Part shown: positions 34,592 through 35,859 of the stretch, piece after piece | Layout: every line of letters starts with the position of its first letter | Numbering within the stretch: the stretch's first letter is position 1 | DNA from: a virus | Lineage: Duplodnaviria; Caudoviricetes | Reading direction: 5' to 3' (one strand) | Length of the DNA stretch: 35,859 bases | Virus record (IMG/VR): IMGVR_UViG_3300023105_002895 | Location: 1-35,859 of that record | The notes under the pieces: model-generated | The model's database searches: none | Seen by the model: only the letters and a program-made list of their open reading frames with translations | What the model was told of the DNA's origin: nothing | Translations under genes and position numbers: made by a program

Positions 34592-35011
34592 ATGAAAACT
34601 ATTATTGCAACCGTAGCATCTGCTGCGGCTATTACTGTTGCTGGCGTAGCTAGCGCACAAGAACTAGGCAACGGTGGCGGAATGAGCCCATACGTTGGTA
34701 TTGAACACACAACTACACCAGACGCTGGTTGGTGGGACGGCGAAAGTGAAACTGAAATTACAGTTGGCGCTACTGCTGACCTTCCATGGGATCTAGCTGT
34801 TGACGGTTCTGTTGGATTTATTAACGCTACTGATGCAACTGCAACTCCAGCTGACACATCTTCATGGGACATGGGTGGATTTGCTCTAGGTGGAGCGGAA
34901 ATCACTGTATCTTACGAAATGGCAAATGGACTAGAAATATACAGCACCACAGCTTTTGATGCTGCATTTGATCGTACAAGCACATCAGTTGGTGCTACAT
35001 GGTCATTCTAA
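34592..35011 (+). CDS. Small outer-membrane beta-barrel (porin-like) protein
   Basis: Sec signal peptide (..VASA/QE), alternating amphipathic strands and a C-terminal VGATWSF. GGAGG RBS. TAAATA at 34537 and 34555. Confidence 0.7.
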   Translation: MKTIIATVASAAAITVAGVASAQELGNGGGMSPYVGIEHTTTPDAGWWDGESETEITVGATADLPWDLAVDGSVGFINATDATATPADTSSWDMGGFALGGAEITVSYEMANGLEIYSTTAFDAAFDRTSTSVGATWSF

Positions 35012-35023
35012 TATAAATTTCAA

Positions 35024-35052
35024 TTGACTTTTCAAAGCTGCTCCTTTATACT
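35024..35052 (+). promoter_or_regulatory. Sigma70-type promoter
   Basis: TTGACT-17-TATACT. Confidence 0.65.
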
Positions 35053-35080
35053 TTAAACAGTTGAAGGAGCAGTTTTTTTT
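35038..35080 (+). terminator. Intrinsic terminator-like hairpin
   Basis: CTGCTCCTT...AAGGAGCAG followed by T8. Confidence 0.7.
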
Positions 35081-35464
35081 ATGACTATGTCATTGGCCAA
35101 AGGCCTTACTACAACAAACACTAAAAAACGTAAGACTCGTGGTCTTACCAAACATGATCGTGAAGCAGCAGTCGCACACGACAAATGGCTGCGTAAGATG
35201 GGTACACACCCCGATCAGCTCAAGGCTCGCAAGAAGAAGCCTGTTAACACACTTCCATTCGAACGTGATCGCAGTCACGAACGCCAAGGCAACACAGCAC
35301 CTAGCGCAGGTGTAGGCGCAGGCGGTCACGCAGCACCAGCAGAGCCCAAGACCTACAACGGTGCTCGCAAGCTACTAGGTATTGCTACACTACACAAGAG
35401 CAATATGGTTCCTGTGTTCAGTCAAGAAGACGCTGTTGAAATCTCCAAGATGCGTAGAGGTTGA
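35081..35464 (+). CDS. Basic hypothetical phage protein
   Basis: 127 aa with a C-terminal GIATLHKSNMVPVFS...ISKMRR. AAGGAG RBS. Confidence 0.75.
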   Translation: MTMSLAKGLTTTNTKKRKTRGLTKHDREAAVAHDKWLRKMGTHPDQLKARKKKPVNTLPFERDRSHERQGNTAPSAGVGAGGHAAPAEPKTYNGARKLLGIATLHKSNMVPVFSQEDAVEISKMRRG

Positions 35465-35489
35465 CAGCTCGGCCTAGTGGTGCTACTAT
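35461..35489 (+). promoter_or_regulatory. Sigma70-type early promoter
   Basis: TTGACA-17-TACTAT with an extended -10 TG, overlapping a TATAAT. Confidence 0.7.
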
Positions 35490-35524
35490 AATAGCATAAC
35501 AAAAGCAAAGAGGTTATACCTACA

Positions 35525-35695
35525 ATGAATCAAGCGTTCAAAAAGCACATGGAAAACATGTGGACTGTAAAAGAGATCAACGGCGTAAAAGTTGTTGATC
35601 GTATCATGGGTTTCGGTTCTTTACCGGACATTAAACTTCAACTAGCAGACGGTTCGTTTGTTTCGGCAAAGAATCTGTTTGAAGCGAGTCGGTAA
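35525..35695 (+). CDS. Small hypothetical protein, 56 aa (not in ORF track)
   Basis: GAGG RBS. MNQAFKKHMENMWTVKEINGVKVVDRIMGFG... Confidence 0.7.
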   Translation: MNQAFKKHMENMWTVKEINGVKVVDRIMGFGSLPDIKLQLADGSFVSAKNLFEASR

Positions 35696-35696
35696 A

Positions 35697-35859
35697 ATGA
35701 TTTACCATCTCAAATGGCATACCAATAAAGGTAAGCAGCGTATTAAACAGCACGGCACACAGTGGCGTGTTCTCGAGAAGCGTCCCGGCACGTTTGGCGG
35801 AGTACTGCTTGAATCAATCGAAACCGGCGACCGCCGTTGGTTAACTGAAGACTTTTTTG
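35697..35859 (+). CDS. Hypothetical protein, truncated at window edge
   Basis: ATG 1 nt after the previous stop. MIYHLKWHTNKGKQRIKQHG... open to the end. Confidence 0.65.
   Translation, partial: MIYHLKWHTNKGKQRIKQHGTQWRVLEKRPGTFGGVLLESIETGDRRWLTEDFF

Noticed and set aside
34381-34905. Minus-strand 174-aa ORF
   Set aside because: Antisense to the Hc1-like and OMP genes, which have RBS, promoters and recognisable features.

Overview
This AT-rich window comes from a large tailed dsDNA bacteriophage with T4-like transcription signals: TAAATA late-promoter boxes before most genes and near-consensus sigma70 promoters before metabolic genes. It is probably marine and probably infects a non-cyanobacterial proteobacterium (inferred). 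From left to right it holds: minus-strand tail/virion structural genes (1-8750); small late genes, a LysM-lysozyme and an HNH nuclease; a four-small-ORF operon missed by the ORF track; a class 3 lipase; a late cluster of probable head-internal proteins, including a Pol-beta-type nucleotidyltransferase and an ATP-dependent-ligase-like protein; an nfuA-like/heme oxygenase/bilin reductase (PcyX/PcyA-type)/exonuclease operon; a thermonuclease; a curli-like secretion and signalling cassette (CsgF, CsgG, two curlin-like proteins, FecR-domain protein, CHASE2 adenylate cyclase); paralogous small membrane proteins; a beta-helix tail protein; class Ia nrdA-nrdB with glutaredoxin; an Hc1-like protein; a small outer-membrane beta-barrel; and early hypothetical genes. 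No tRNA, rRNA, CRISPR array or IS element was recognised. All calls are from motif recognition by eye, with no database searches.
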